Of a stretch of DNA of 64,000 bases, positions 45,644 to 55,956 are shown one piece after another. The notes under the pieces were generated by a model. That model did no database searches and was not told the origin of the DNA. It worked only from the letters and a program-made list of their open reading frames with translations. Position numbers and translations under genes: made by a program. The stretch's first letter is position 1; each line of letters begins with the position of its first letter. The stretch comes from Minisyncoccia bacterium (GTDB lineage Bacteria; Patescibacteriota; Minisyncoccia; Phycocordibacterales; UBA918), in NCBI GenBank assembly GCA_964229335.1, contig CAXRCZ010000004.1, positions 1-64,000 of the forward strand, in the 5' to 3' direction.

Positions 45644-48600
45644 TTACTCTACTGAGGCAAGTTTTTTTATACGATCAATCAAGATGCTCGGCTCGTCATT
45701 TCTGATGTTTAGCTTGCCTTTTAGAGCGATGCAAGTTCCTGGTACTAAGAGGTCTTTATGTTTTTGGTACACCTCAGGAAAAGTGACGGTTTCAATAGTG
45801 TCTGTCTTGTTAGCAATTTGTACAAAGGCCATTCGGTCACCTTTTTTGGTTAGCAACTCCTTTACTGACGCAATCATGCCAGCTGTAACTACTGGCACTC
45901 CTTTTCGTCCATCTTCTTTAATGGTGGTAATAGACGGACGTTTGTTCACCTCATCTTCAAACTGATCTAAAGGATGTCCTGATACATAGACGCCGAGTAG
46001 TTCTTTTTCCCATATCAGTTTTTGAGCAATTGGTATAGGTTCACTAGGGGAGAGGGTCAATCCAGCTACTTCTTGCACTCCACCAAAGAGAGAATCTTGA
46101 TTTGATTCTTTGCCCGCATGGTATTCCTTATTAAAGGCCAATAAGTTTTCCAGATTATTGTAGAGCATTCCACGACGCTCAAATGCATCAAATGCGCCAG
46201 CACAAATCAGCGCTTCCAGAGATTTTTTGTTTAGATTGCGGTCATGAATTCGAACCAAAAAATCTTCTAGTGATTTATATGGCCCGTTCTTTTTTCTCTC
46301 TTCTACAATAGTTTCGGTAATAGCTGAACCAAAGTTCTTGATTGTCTCCAACCCAAATCTAATAGTGGTTTGACCAGGAACTACTGAGAAGTCTGCAAAT
46401 GATTCATTGATATCTGGCGGTAACACTTCAATTCCCATTCGTTCACATTCACGAATAATTTCAGAAATTTTTTCTGTATCACCAGAGTCAGCGGTCAATA
46501 CAGCTGACATATACTCGACCGGAAAATTGGCCTTCATATATGCTGTTTGGTAAGCGACTCGACCGTAACTAGCAGCATGAGCTTTGTTAAAACCGTACGC
46601 GGCGAAGGGTTCAATCAGCGCCCAAAGTTCTTCAGTCTTAGCTTTGCTCATACCATTTTTTTCAAGACCCTCGAGCAACTTATCTTTTTCTGCCGCCATT
46701 ACTTCTGGAATCTTTTTCCCCATCGCTTTACGCAATTTGTCAGCTTCTAGCCAAGAGTATCCAGCCAGCTTGATGGAAATCATCATCACGTCATCCTGAT
46801 AGGTAATCACCCCATATGAGCGCTCAAGAATTTCTTCCATGCGCGGGTCAAGGTATGACACTAATGTGGGGTTATGTTTTCGTTCGATATACTTTGGAAT
46901 CGATTCCATCGGACCTGGACGATATAGCGCTACCATCGCGTTGATGTCGTAGATAGTGGTTGGTTTTAGTTGTTTCAAGAATGAGGTCATTCCAGAACCA
47001 TTGAGCTGGAAGAGACCCATGGTTTCACCCTTGGCGAGGATTTCAAAGGTTTGTTTATCGTCAAGAGGGATATTTTCTATATCAATCTCGATATCTCTAA
47101 TCTTCCGCACACGTTTAACTGAGTCAGCCAAGATAGCTAAGTTTTTGATACCAAGGAAATCAAATTTCAACAGCCCCACGCCGTCTTCTCCTACACTGTG
47201 CATTTCGTACTGAGTGATAAACTTTCCGCTCTTGGGATCGGGTTGAATCGGCACGATTTGATTGAGTGGTTCAGGTGAAATCACTACACCAGCAGCGTGT
47301 ACTCCAAGATGACGTACCCGACCCTCGATTTGTTTCGCGAGGTCAATTACTTCCCGAGACTCAGCGTCCTTTCGGTATAGTTCTTTTAAGTCTGGTTCTA
47401 TTTCTAGAGCTTTATCAATCGTCATCGGGAAACCTTGGCTCCCCATCGGAATCAATTTAGCGATTCTGTCCCCGGTAGAGTAGGAGTGACCGAGAGCTCG
47501 AGCCACATCACGTACAGCCGCTCGAGCCATCATGGTTCCGAAAGTACCAATCTGAGCGACGTTATCAGCGCCGTATTTTTCTTTAGCATACTCTATGATT
47601 TCATCGCGCCGGTTATCAGCAAAGTCCATATCAATATCTGGTGCAGATGGTCGTTCGGGATTCAAAAACCGTTCAAAAGGTAGACGATACTCCAGAGGGT
47701 CTACGTTCGTAATACCGAGTACATAGGTAGTCAAAGAACCAGCCACAGAACCGCGGATAGTGGTCAAAATTTTTCTTTCCCGAGCTTCACGCAAGAGATC
47801 ACCCACCACCAAGAAATATTTGGCATAGCCTTTCATTTTGATTACTCCAAGTTCGTAGTCGAGGCGTTCTTTTACAGCTGGGTCATCGAGCGATAGACCA
47901 CGCCACGTCACTCCCTTGTAGGCAGTGTCATGCAGTTCATCGTCCGGCGCTTTGCCGCTGGCGATAGGGTATTCAGGGAATTTCCACGCCTCGGCTCCCA
48001 GCGGGATTTCCACATTGCATTGCTCGGCGACTTTGACGGTATTGGCTAGTGCTTCGGGATGGTCTATGAACCAGTCTTTCATTTCAGCTTGTGTAGTGAA
48101 AGAAAAGTTTTCGCTACTAGCACGATCATCACTAGTGTCTACCACGCCACCGTTCTGGATTTTGACCATGGTCTCACGAGCGGTGCGGTCGCCTGGCTTG
48201 AGGTAGTACACATCGTGCGCTGCAATCAGTGGGATATTGGTTTCTTTTGCTAATTTGATGATTCGCTGCTGGTTTTCTTCGTGGTCAAATATTTCTGGAT
48301 GATGTGATATTTCTAGGTAACAATCGTCTTTAAAAATTCGCTTATACCAATCAAGACGCTCAGCTGCTTGGCTTTGATTACGGTCTTTGAGTGCACGAGC
48401 AATTTCTCCGGCAAAAGAGGGGATAATACAGATAAGATCCTCGTGCAGCTCTTCAAGCAATTCATCATCTATCCGCGGACGATAGTAAAACCCTTCCAGG
48501 TTTGAGCGTGTAACTAACTTGATGAGATTTTGATAGCCAGTGAACGTTTTTGCGAGGAGTACCACTCGGGCTCTTGGCTTGTCTATATTTACCTCCTTAT

Positions 48601-48841
48601 CAAAGCGGGTTCTGGGCGCTAGGTGCGCGTCAATCCCGATGATTGGCTTGATACCTTCTTTGGTGCAGGCTTTATAAAAATCAATCGCACCATAAAGTGC
48701 ACCATTGTCAGTAATAGCCAGAGCTGGTTGTCCATCAGCTTTAGCCGCTGCCGCCAGCTCTTTAGGGGTCGGTAGCGCATTTAAGAGTGAGTAATGCGAG
48801 TGGACGTGCAAATGGATAAAATCAGCCTGAAGTTTCGACAT
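45644..48841 (-). CDS. dnaE: DNA polymerase III alpha subunit
   Basis: HLHVHSHYSLL, RGSVAGSL, FERFLNPER..PDIDMDF, KFDFLG, YGFNKAHA. Confidence 0.97.
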   Translation of the reverse strand: MSKLQADFIHLHVHSHYSLLNALPTPKELAAAAKADGQPALAITDNGALYGAIDFYKACTKEGIKPIIGIDAHLAPRTRFDKEVNIDKPRARVVLLAKTFTGYQNLIKLVTRSNLEGFYYRPRIDDELLEELHEDLICIIPSFAGEIARALKDRNQSQAAERLDWYKRIFKDDCYLEISHHPEIFDHEENQQRIIKLAKETNIPLIAAHDVYYLKPGDRTARETMVKIQNGGVVDTSDDRASSENFSFTTQAEMKDWFIDHPEALANTVKVAEQCNVEIPLGAEAWKFPEYPIASGKAPDDELHDTAYKGVTWRGLSLDDPAVKERLDYELGVIKMKGYAKYFLVVGDLLREARERKILTTIRGSVAGSLTTYVLGITNVDPLEYRLPFERFLNPERPSAPDIDMDFADNRRDEIIEYAKEKYGADNVAQIGTFGTMMARAAVRDVARALGHSYSTGDRIAKLIPMGSQGFPMTIDKALEIEPDLKELYRKDAESREVIDLAKQIEGRVRHLGVHAAGVVISPEPLNQIVPIQPDPKSGKFITQYEMHSVGEDGVGLLKFDFLGIKNLAILADSVKRVRKIRDIEIDIENIPLDDKQTFEILAKGETMGLFQLNGSGMTSFLKQLKPTTIYDINAMVALYRPGPMESIPKYIERKHNPTLVSYLDPRMEEILERSYGVITYQDDVMMISIKLAGYSWLEADKLRKAMGKKIPEVMAAEKDKLLEGLEKNGMSKAKTEELWALIEPFAAYGFNKAHAASYGRVAYQTAYMKANFPVEYMSAVLTADSGDTEKISEIIRECERMGIEVLPPDINESFADFSVVPGQTTIRFGLETIKNFGSAITETIVEERKKNGPYKSLEDFLVRIHDRNLNKKSLEALICAGAFDAFERRGMLYNNLENLLAFNKEYHAGKESNQDSLFGGVQEVAGLTLSPSEPIPIAQKLIWEKELLGVYVSGHPLDQFEDEVNKRPSITTIKEDGRKGVPVVTAGMIASVKELLTKKGDRMAFVQIANKTDTIETVTFPEVYQKHKDLLVPGTCIALKGKLNIRNDEPSILIDRIKKLASVE

Positions 48842-48900
48842 TTGCATCAGTATAACAAATCATAGAAATCTCTCATTCTAGCTGTGATATCTTGGTGGTT

Positions 48901-49491
48901 ATGGAATATCTGGTAGGTATAGATGAGGCGGGTAGAGGTCCACTAGCGGGGCCGGTGGCCGTGGGAGTGGTAAAGGTGGCAAACGATTTTGATTGGAATC
49001 AATGTCCCGGTGTGCACGATAGTAAACAATTGTCTCCAAAACAGCGCCGTGAAATATATAAATGTACACAAATACTGAAAAAAGCAGGGGAGTTGGATTT
49101 TGCTGTTGCTATGGTTGGAGCCAAAATAATTGATAGAACAGGGATTGTGTCAGCCATAAGAGTAGCTATGCAGCGGGCTATTAAACGACTGGAACTGTCG
49201 CCCAATGAAGCATTCATAAAACTGGATGGAGGACTATATGCACCCGTCGAGTTTTCTCAATCAACCATTATAAAAGGCGACCAATCCGAGAAGGAAATAG
49301 GGCTGGCTTCAATTATGGCCAAAGAAACTCGTGACGCATATATGTGCCGCAAAGCTATTCGCTTTCCAGCCTATGATTTTGCAACCCACAAAGGCTATGG
49401 GACCAAGTTTCATAGACAAGTAATCAAGGAGTGGGGATTATGTGTTGAACACAGGCATACCTTTTGTCGTGGTTGCATAAATGCTGAATGA
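48901..49491 (+). CDS. rnhB: Ribonuclease HII
   Basis: GIDEAGRGPLAGPV, DSKQL, IKGD, ASIMAK..RD, HKGYGT. Confidence 0.95.
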   Translation: MEYLVGIDEAGRGPLAGPVAVGVVKVANDFDWNQCPGVHDSKQLSPKQRREIYKCTQILKKAGELDFAVAMVGAKIIDRTGIVSAIRVAMQRAIKRLELSPNEAFIKLDGGLYAPVEFSQSTIIKGDQSEKEIGLASIMAKETRDAYMCRKAIRFPAYDFATHKGYGTKFHRQVIKEWGLCVEHRHTFCRGCINAE

Positions 49492-49557
49492 ATGTTTTAA
49501 TACTTTCTGCCAAAGGAATCCCTAACACTCTTGAAACACTTGTTCTTTGAGGGATTT

Positions 49558-49899
49558 ATGGCAAAACTGCTTTGTTTAAAATGCGTCAAATGCAATGGTC
49601 TGACTCCTGCAGGTAGCGACTGCAGTGCAGCTGGGACTGTTGTGACTCCTGTTGCTCGACACCAAGTTGAGGACGGTCGTTACGAAAATTGCATGTGGCG
49701 CAAACCCAGAGCGAGTTCGTCAATTGAGCTTAAACTGGTTAATCTCATAGTTCGACTTTTCGAGAATTATGACGCAGAAACCGGTCCGCGAGATTGTCGA
49801 AAACAACTCAATCGTCGTGAGGTGGCAGAGATCGAGGCGCAAGTGCGCAAGGATAAGCAACCACTCGAAGAGGTCGCTCTCCTCGAGCTAGCGGCATAG
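49558..49899 (+). CDS. Hypothetical Cys-rich protein
   Basis: CLKCVKC motif; SD-like GAGGGA; own terminator hairpin at 49916-49944. Confidence 0.5.
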   Translation: MAKLLCLKCVKCNGLTPAGSDCSAAGTVVTPVARHQVEDGRYENCMWRKPRASSSIELKLVNLIVRLFENYDAETGPRDCRKQLNRREVAEIEAQVRKDKQPLEEVALLELAA

Positions 49900-49986
49900 G
49901 CCGAACATGACGTACAAGGGTCGCCGGGCAACTGGCGACCCTTTCCTATTGCTTTTTTAAATGATTTTGCTATAGTTTTGCGCACT

Positions 49987-50307
49987 ATGGTAATACGAAT
50001 GCGACATACGCGGTCTCACACTGGAAACCGCCGCTCACATCACGCGCTCAAGGAGCCAACGCTCTCTGTGTGTAGTAATTGTGATGCCAAACATCGTCCT
50101 CATCACATGTGTCTAGAATGTGGTTTTTATAAAGGTCGGCTAGTCATGGATATGGCTGCCAAGAAGAAAGCTCGCGAAGAACGCCTACAAGCTAAGCGAG
50201 AAGCTATCAAGGCCGAAGCGGCCCAAATGGCAGAACAAGCAGAAGAACCTACCGAAGCTTCAGTTGAACCAGAATCTACAGAAGAAACAACCGAAGAGAA
50301 AAAATAA
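49987..50307 (+). CDS. rpmF: 50S ribosomal protein L32 with acidic extension
   Basis: RRSHHAL..CSNC...PHHMCLECGFYKG. Confidence 0.93.
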   Translation: MVIRMRHTRSHTGNRRSHHALKEPTLSVCSNCDAKHRPHHMCLECGFYKGRLVMDMAAKKKAREERLQAKREAIKAEAAQMAEQAEEPTEASVEPESTEETTEEKK

Positions 50308-50344
50308 CCACAAAGATACGACCCGCTGGGTCGTATCTTTGTGG
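50308..50344 (+). terminator. 17-bp perfect hairpin after rpmF
   Basis: ccacaaagatacgaccc-gct-gggtcgtatctttgtgg. Confidence 0.65.
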
Positions 50345-50412
50345 ATTCTCTGGTTTTCTGGGTAGCTTCGAATGCTACACTGAACTCAGTATCGGCACGT
50401 TAGTACTTTTTT

Positions 50413-51306
50413 ATGGCAAATCGACATCTATCCCGCAGTATTGTTCTTCAATCACTCTTTGAGTGGGACTTAAACGCACTCGAAAAAAAAGCAGTCCACG
50501 AAGTATTGGATAGGAATGTATCTGAATTTGCTCCGAACAAAACTGACCTGCCATTTATGGAAAAACTCCTTGATGGAGTAATGGCAAAACAGCCAGAACT
50601 CGATCTTGTCATCGAAAAAGCCGCTCCCGAGTGGCCAATCGATCGCATTTCTCCAGTCGATAGAAATATTCTCAGACTAGGTTTATACGAACTCTTATTT
50701 GCTGACCGACATGAAGTGCCGGCCAAAGTAGCTATCAACGAAGCAATCGAACTAGCCAAACAATTTGGCGGTGATAACAGCAGTCGTTTTGTAAACGGTG
50801 TTTTAGGTGCGGTCTACAAAGAAATTGGTGAACCAGGTAAAGACGAGCAGAGCAAGCGTCCCAAAAATGTACCTTTCGATCAATTGCCAGTCGAGCGACT
50901 GTCTGGCGCGGTGGTGTATGCCCGAGAAGAAGGAGAAATATATTTAGCTTTAGTTCATGATATCTTTGGTCATTGGACGCTATCAAAAAGTAAAGTAAAA
51001 GAAGAGGAGTCAGTCGAAGACGGCGCCACGCGAGCGGTCAAAGAAGAGCTGGGACTTCCAATTACAATTGAAGATCAACTTGGTAACAACGAATACGTCG
51101 CTTCACAACCAGAAGTTGGTAAGGTGCGCAAGCAAGTACATTACTTCTTGGCAGAAGCACCGTTTCAAGATTTAGAGTTGGCAAAGAAAGGTGGCCTAGA
51201 TGATGCTAAGTGGTTCAAGGTAGCAGATATCTTGGAGTTGAATTTTTACGAGGATATTTTGCCCATCGTAACCAAAGCCGTCACCATTCTCGTTTCTAAG
51301 AAATAG
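50413..51306 (+). CDS. nusB: NusB fused to a C-terminal NUDIX-like domain
   Basis: RHLSR..LQ.LF, DRNILRLG.YE, VAINEAIELAK.FG...FVNGVL; then WTLSK..ESVEDGATRAVKEELGL. Confidence 0.9.
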   Translation: MANRHLSRSIVLQSLFEWDLNALEKKAVHEVLDRNVSEFAPNKTDLPFMEKLLDGVMAKQPELDLVIEKAAPEWPIDRISPVDRNILRLGLYELLFADRHEVPAKVAINEAIELAKQFGGDNSSRFVNGVLGAVYKEIGEPGKDEQSKRPKNVPFDQLPVERLSGAVVYAREEGEIYLALVHDIFGHWTLSKSKVKEEESVEDGATRAVKEELGLPITIEDQLGNNEYVASQPEVGKVRKQVHYFLAEAPFQDLELAKKGGLDDAKWFKVADILELNFYEDILPIVTKAVTILVSKK

Positions 51307-51415
51307 CGCATCTACTGCGTTGTTATTCAAAAAAAGTCAGTCACTGTACAAGTTAGTACACCTCTTTCCGCTTTTCTCCAACGCCTTGTAAATGCTGCTA
51401 TTTCTTGGAAACGAG
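51289..51415. repeat. Dispersed intergenic hairpin, family B
   Basis: Arms ctcgtttctaagaaatagc/gctatttcttggaaacgag include the last codons and stop of nusB; core TCAGTCACTGTA..TACACCT. Confidence 0.7.
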
Positions 51416-51548
51416 TGAGAAAAAGAAGTGGTATCTTGCGTTAAGGTAAATTATCGGTATAGTCATATTATCCGCTGCAGACGAGAGTTGGGGTGAATTG
51501 CACACCAGTTGTCTTCTATAGCACGGAATTACAGAATAAATATAATCT

Positions 51549-52265
51549 ATGGAATCAGTACAACCAGCTGATATTACAAAACTGCAATCAGTCCTTGGAG
51601 TCACTTTTACGGACACTGCCGTTTTACTTTCAGCTATTACTCACCGTTCGTACTTAAACGAACATCGCGAAGCGACGTGGGACCACAATGAGCGAATGGA
51701 ATTCTTAGGCGACGCCGTCTTAGAACTTGTGGTGACGGACTTTCTATTTAAGGAATATCCTGATAAACCAGAAGGAGAACTGACTGCCGTTCGAGCTGCA
51801 TTAGTAAATACTGTCTCTTTAGCAGCAGCGTCCGAAAAACTCGGACTCAATGACTTTTTACTGATGAGCAAAGGTGAATCCAAAGATTTGGGTAGAGCTC
51901 GACAGTACATTCTGGCTAATACCTTTGAAGCATGTATCGGAGCGATTTATCTAGATCAAGGCTATGACGCTTCTCACAAATTCATCGCCGAGCAACTTTT
52001 TGCTAAAACGGAAGAAATCGTCAGTAAACGTTTGTGGCAGGATGCCAAGAGTCGTTTTCAAGAACTCGCGCAAGAACACGCTTCTGTGACACCAACTTAC
52101 GAGACGCTAAAGCAGGAAGGTCCAGATCACGACCGAGTCTTTACGGTTGGAGTATTTTTGCGCCAAAACAAAGTTGCTGAAGGCTCAGGCCGGTCTAAAC
52201 AAGAAGCAGAGCAAGTAGCGGCTGAGCAAGCTATTGAAGCACAAGGGTGGAGTCTAGCTGAGTAA
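51549..52265 (+). CDS. rnc: Ribonuclease III
   Basis: THRSY, NERMEFLGDAVL, ANTFEA.IGAIYLD, dsRBD KSRFQE..GRSKQEAEQ. Confidence 0.97.
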   Translation: MESVQPADITKLQSVLGVTFTDTAVLLSAITHRSYLNEHREATWDHNERMEFLGDAVLELVVTDFLFKEYPDKPEGELTAVRAALVNTVSLAAASEKLGLNDFLLMSKGESKDLGRARQYILANTFEACIGAIYLDQGYDASHKFIAEQLFAKTEEIVSKRLWQDAKSRFQELAQEHASVTPTYETLKQEGPDHDRVFTVGVFLRQNKVAEGSGRSKQEAEQVAAEQAIEAQGWSLAE

Positions 52266-52286
52266 GGTGCGTGCTATACTTCGAGT

Positions 52287-52922
52287 GTGAAAGAACGCAG
52301 TGCAGGCTTTACTCTAATTGAAATTTTAGTGGTAATCGCTATCTTGGCGATTCTACTATCAGTGATTTACGCCGCCCTTAGTACCGCTTCGGCAAAGTCG
52401 AGAGATACTGAACGTCAGGCTGACTTACGGGAGGTACAATCTGCTCTAGAGTTATACAAACTTCGCTACGGCCGCTATCCCGAAGGGTGTAATGGTCCGG
52501 GTCGCTGGTCAGGTCAAGCTGGAACCAACTACGCGTGTCCAAGTGGTAACGAATATATTGTTGGCCTAGCGCCAGATTTTTTACCGCTCCTGCCACTTGA
52601 TAGTAATCGAAACGGTGCCGATTCCGGATACGTCTACACCACTGATGCGGATGGAAAAGTATACAAATTTATGGCCAGAAATACGGTAGAAACTGATACT
52701 GTTGATTATACTCATGAATTTAAGAGTTGTGACGTAACGACCACAGGGGGAGGAATCTGTGTTGCTACTCATCCGAATAACGGCACGCCGGCACATTGTT
52801 TAGCGAGTAGTGCAGTTTTCCAGTCATCATATGCAGTCTGGGAAGGCTACGCCACCCCTAGTAACCCTACTCCAGCCCGAGTCGAGCAATATACCGAGGA
52901 TGTGATTTGTGATATTCCATAG
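52287..52922 (+). CDS. Type IV pilin / GspG-like protein
   Basis: AG|FTLIEILVVIAILAIL; SRDTERQADL..ALELY..YP. Confidence 0.9.
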   Translation: MKERSAGFTLIEILVVIAILAILLSVIYAALSTASAKSRDTERQADLREVQSALELYKLRYGRYPEGCNGPGRWSGQAGTNYACPSGNEYIVGLAPDFLPLLPLDSNRNGADSGYVYTTDADGKVYKFMARNTVETDTVDYTHEFKSCDVTTTGGGICVATHPNNGTPAHCLASSAVFQSSYAVWEGYATPSNPTPARVEQYTEDVICDIP

Positions 52923-52971
52923 TGGATATAGTCACCAACCAATTTATTTAAATAGTGCTACTATCTATAAT

Positions 52972-53544
52972 ATGAAGTGGACTCAAAAAGCTGGCTTTAC
53001 TTTATTAGAGTTATTGGTGGTGATAGCCATTATCGGTATTTTGGTAGCAATTTTAGCAGCCAATTTTGACCAAGCGCGTCAAACTTCAAAAAACAAAGCG
53101 GTGGGATCAGAGCTCACTGAGGCACAATTAGCAATAGAGCTCTATAAATCTCAAAATGGAGCGTATCCACCTACACCTAGTGTCGGTGCACCATGTCGAA
53201 CTAGTACTGCTAGTTATACCTACGCAGAAAGTACAACTTGCAGCAACGGGTACTTTATAGACGGTTTGACTCCAGAATTTACTAACTCATTACCTGAATC
53301 TAGTGTGTCAGCTAATCGTGATTGTGTATTTCGCTACACGGTCGCCAATGATCAGAGTTGGTACAAACTCACTGCCGTTAATTGTTTTGCTGGCGCCACC
53401 CAAGCGTCTGAAGGGGTCAGTTCATCAGACGAACTAGCTAGGTGTCCTACTACCTGTTCGGCGGTGAGTCACTGTAATCCAAATTCCTCTGACTTTTATC
53501 AGTCGATGGCTGTCTATAGCCTCGGTGGCGAATGCCGCCCCTAG
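52972..53544 (+). CDS. Type IV pilin / GspG-like protein
   Basis: AG|FTLLELLVVIAIIGIL; AIELY..NGAYP; several Cys. Confidence 0.9.
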   Translation: MKWTQKAGFTLLELLVVIAIIGILVAILAANFDQARQTSKNKAVGSELTEAQLAIELYKSQNGAYPPTPSVGAPCRTSTASYTYAESTTCSNGYFIDGLTPEFTNSLPESSVSANRDCVFRYTVANDQSWYKLTAVNCFAGATQASEGVSSSDELARCPTTCSAVSHCNPNSSDFYQSMAVYSLGGECRP

Positions 53545-53702
53545 AGGCTTAATAAGCAATAACTTCTTTGTTAACTTAGCACCTACTTTTGCTCACCGTA
53601 TTCTAGATACGTCTCACAAAGAAGGCGCTCGTCGCCTCGAATTTAAGTGCTTATTTAGTCTCAGGGATATGGAGACTAGTGCTACAATAGTGAAGCGATT
53701 CT

Positions 53703-55937
53703 ATGTATTTAAAGGAACTTACCATCAATGGCTTTAAGTCATTTGCTAAAAAAAGCGAGCTAGAATTCTCCGCTCCTATCACTGCTATTGTGGGGCCAAA
53801 TGGCTCAGGCAAGAGTAACGTAGCTGAATCATTTCGTTTTGTACTTGGTGAGCAGTCAGTCAAATCAATGCGGGGGAAGAAGGGTGAAGATCTTATCTGG
53901 GGAGGTTCGGAAAAAATCGCTCGCGGAAACCGTGCCAGTGTGCAGTTAGTATTTGATAACACTGAGCGTCTATTAGAGCTCGATTTTGATGAAGTTATTT
54001 TGGAACGAGTGGTTCACCGTGATGGTCAAAATGAGTACAAAATAAATGGCTCTGCTGTCCGTCTTAAAGATATTCACGAACTCCTAGCCGGAGCCAATAT
54101 TGGTTCAACCGGTCATCATATAATTTCTCAGGGTGAGGCTGACCGGGTGCTATCGGCTAATCCCAAAGAACGTCGAGAAATGATAGAAGACGCCCTCGGA
54201 CTAAAGGTGTACCAACTCAAAAAACAAGAGACTGAACGTAAGCTCAGCCGGACTGAAGAGAATATTTCCCAAGTCGAATCACTCCGAAGGGAAGCCGCCC
54301 CTCATTTAAAATATCTTAAAAAACAAGTCGATAAAGCCGAGCGAGCATTGAAACTACAAGCAGAACTATCAGACTACTACGCTGAGTATTTGAAGCGTGA
54401 AGATATCTATCTAGCTGCTCGCGCTGACACTCTCCAAGCTGCTCGCCAAGAACCAGCTGCCACCCTAGAAACCGTTATAGCCAATATCAAAGAAGCTAGA
54501 AACGCAGCTGATTCATTAGCTAATACAAAAGATAGTACTGAACTTGAGGAGGCCAAACATTCTCTAAAGGAAGCTACCCAAAAATGGCAAACTGCCGAGC
54601 GAGAGGTAAGTCAGTTGACGGGACAAATAAACTTTTTAAAACGGAGGCTAGAGCGAAATCAATCGAGTACCACCAATAACGAAATGTTGCCTCTAGTAAA
54701 GGTGAGCGAAGCCTTACAGCCAGCTATTGATACTGCCGAAACTGCTCTACAAAATAATGATCCAGTCACTATCAAAACTTCCTTAGAAACATTACTCTCT
54801 GACTTGAAGAAACTAACTTCTGGTAGCGAAGAAACTACTATTGACCTCGTCGCTGAGGATATTGCTGAGCTTGAAGAATTACAGAAAAAAGTAGAGCAGC
54901 TCAAGGAAACAGTCGATCAGTTACAATCAGACAAGGAAAGCAATGAGGCTGCTGTGGCTCGCTTGCAGCGAGAGCAGGTTGATTCTCTCGAGGGACAGCG
55001 AAACGCCGAAAAAGAATTATTTGAGCTACTTGAGCAGCAAAGAAGTCTCGAATCTAAAATCCAGGTCATTGACAGTGAACTGTCGACCATTGAGCGCGAT
55101 CGTTCAGACTTTAAACAACAATTGCAAGAAGCAGTTACGTTGCTCGGGCGGGGAGCAGCACAGTATTTCTCATACACCATTACTGATGAATCTGGCAATC
55201 AGATTACAGATCAGGCTATTGCTGCCGAAGACCGTACTATTCAGCGTAACCGACAACGTGAACTGGAAAAGATGAAGATTCGGTTAGAAGAATTGGGAGT
55301 AGGGGAAACAGAGGGGATGTTAGAGGAATACAAAGCAGCTAGCGAGCGCGATGAATTTCTAGCGCGCGAGCTAGATGACCTACGTAGCTCTGTTAAAAAT
55401 CTACACGAATTAATCGATGATCTAGAAACCAAGCTCGAAGAACAATTTTTTGCTGGTGTAGATAAAATTACTACTGAATTTAATCGTTTTTTCACTCTTA
55501 TGTTTGGCGGTGGTTCAGCGGCCTTGACTCGGGTAAAAATGAAACAAAAACAAACCGACGAAGACGAAGAAGATGTGACAGAAGAAGGAGTGGATTTAGA
55601 AGTCTCGCTACCGAACAAACGGGTCAAAGGACTGACTATGCTCTCTGGTGGTGAACGAGCACTAACGTCAATCGCGCTTATCTTTGCCATGAGCCAGATT
55701 AACCCGCCACCTTTCATTATTCTTGATGAGACTGACGCCGCTCTCGATGAGGCCAATAGTCGCCGCTATGGAGACATGGTTGAAGCTTTGGCTCAGCGAT
55801 CACAATTAGTACTCATTACTCACAATCGCGAAACCATGAGTCGCGCCAGTATCTTGTACGGCATCACTATGGGTGGCGACGGCGTTTCTAAAGTACTATC
55901 GGTGAAATTCGATGAAGCAGTCGCTAATGCTAAATAA
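53703..55937 (+). CDS. smc: Short SMC-family ATPase
   Basis: GFKSF, GPNGSGKSN, IISQG, LSGGERAL, PFIILDETDAALDEAN, ITHN; only 744 aa. Confidence 0.88.
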   Translation: MYLKELTINGFKSFAKKSELEFSAPITAIVGPNGSGKSNVAESFRFVLGEQSVKSMRGKKGEDLIWGGSEKIARGNRASVQLVFDNTERLLELDFDEVILERVVHRDGQNEYKINGSAVRLKDIHELLAGANIGSTGHHIISQGEADRVLSANPKERREMIEDALGLKVYQLKKQETERKLSRTEENISQVESLRREAAPHLKYLKKQVDKAERALKLQAELSDYYAEYLKREDIYLAARADTLQAARQEPAATLETVIANIKEARNAADSLANTKDSTELEEAKHSLKEATQKWQTAEREVSQLTGQINFLKRRLERNQSSTTNNEMLPLVKVSEALQPAIDTAETALQNNDPVTIKTSLETLLSDLKKLTSGSEETTIDLVAEDIAELEELQKKVEQLKETVDQLQSDKESNEAAVARLQREQVDSLEGQRNAEKELFELLEQQRSLESKIQVIDSELSTIERDRSDFKQQLQEAVTLLGRGAAQYFSYTITDESGNQITDQAIAAEDRTIQRNRQRELEKMKIRLEELGVGETEGMLEEYKAASERDEFLARELDDLRSSVKNLHELIDDLETKLEEQFFAGVDKITTEFNRFFTLMFGGGSAALTRVKMKQKQTDEDEEDVTEEGVDLEVSLPNKRVKGLTMLSGGERALTSIALIFAMSQINPPPFIILDETDAALDEANSRRYGDMVEALAQRSQLVLITHNRETMSRASILYGITMGGDGVSKVLSVKFDEAVANAK

Positions 55938-55956
55938 AATCCCTCGAATAGGTAAA

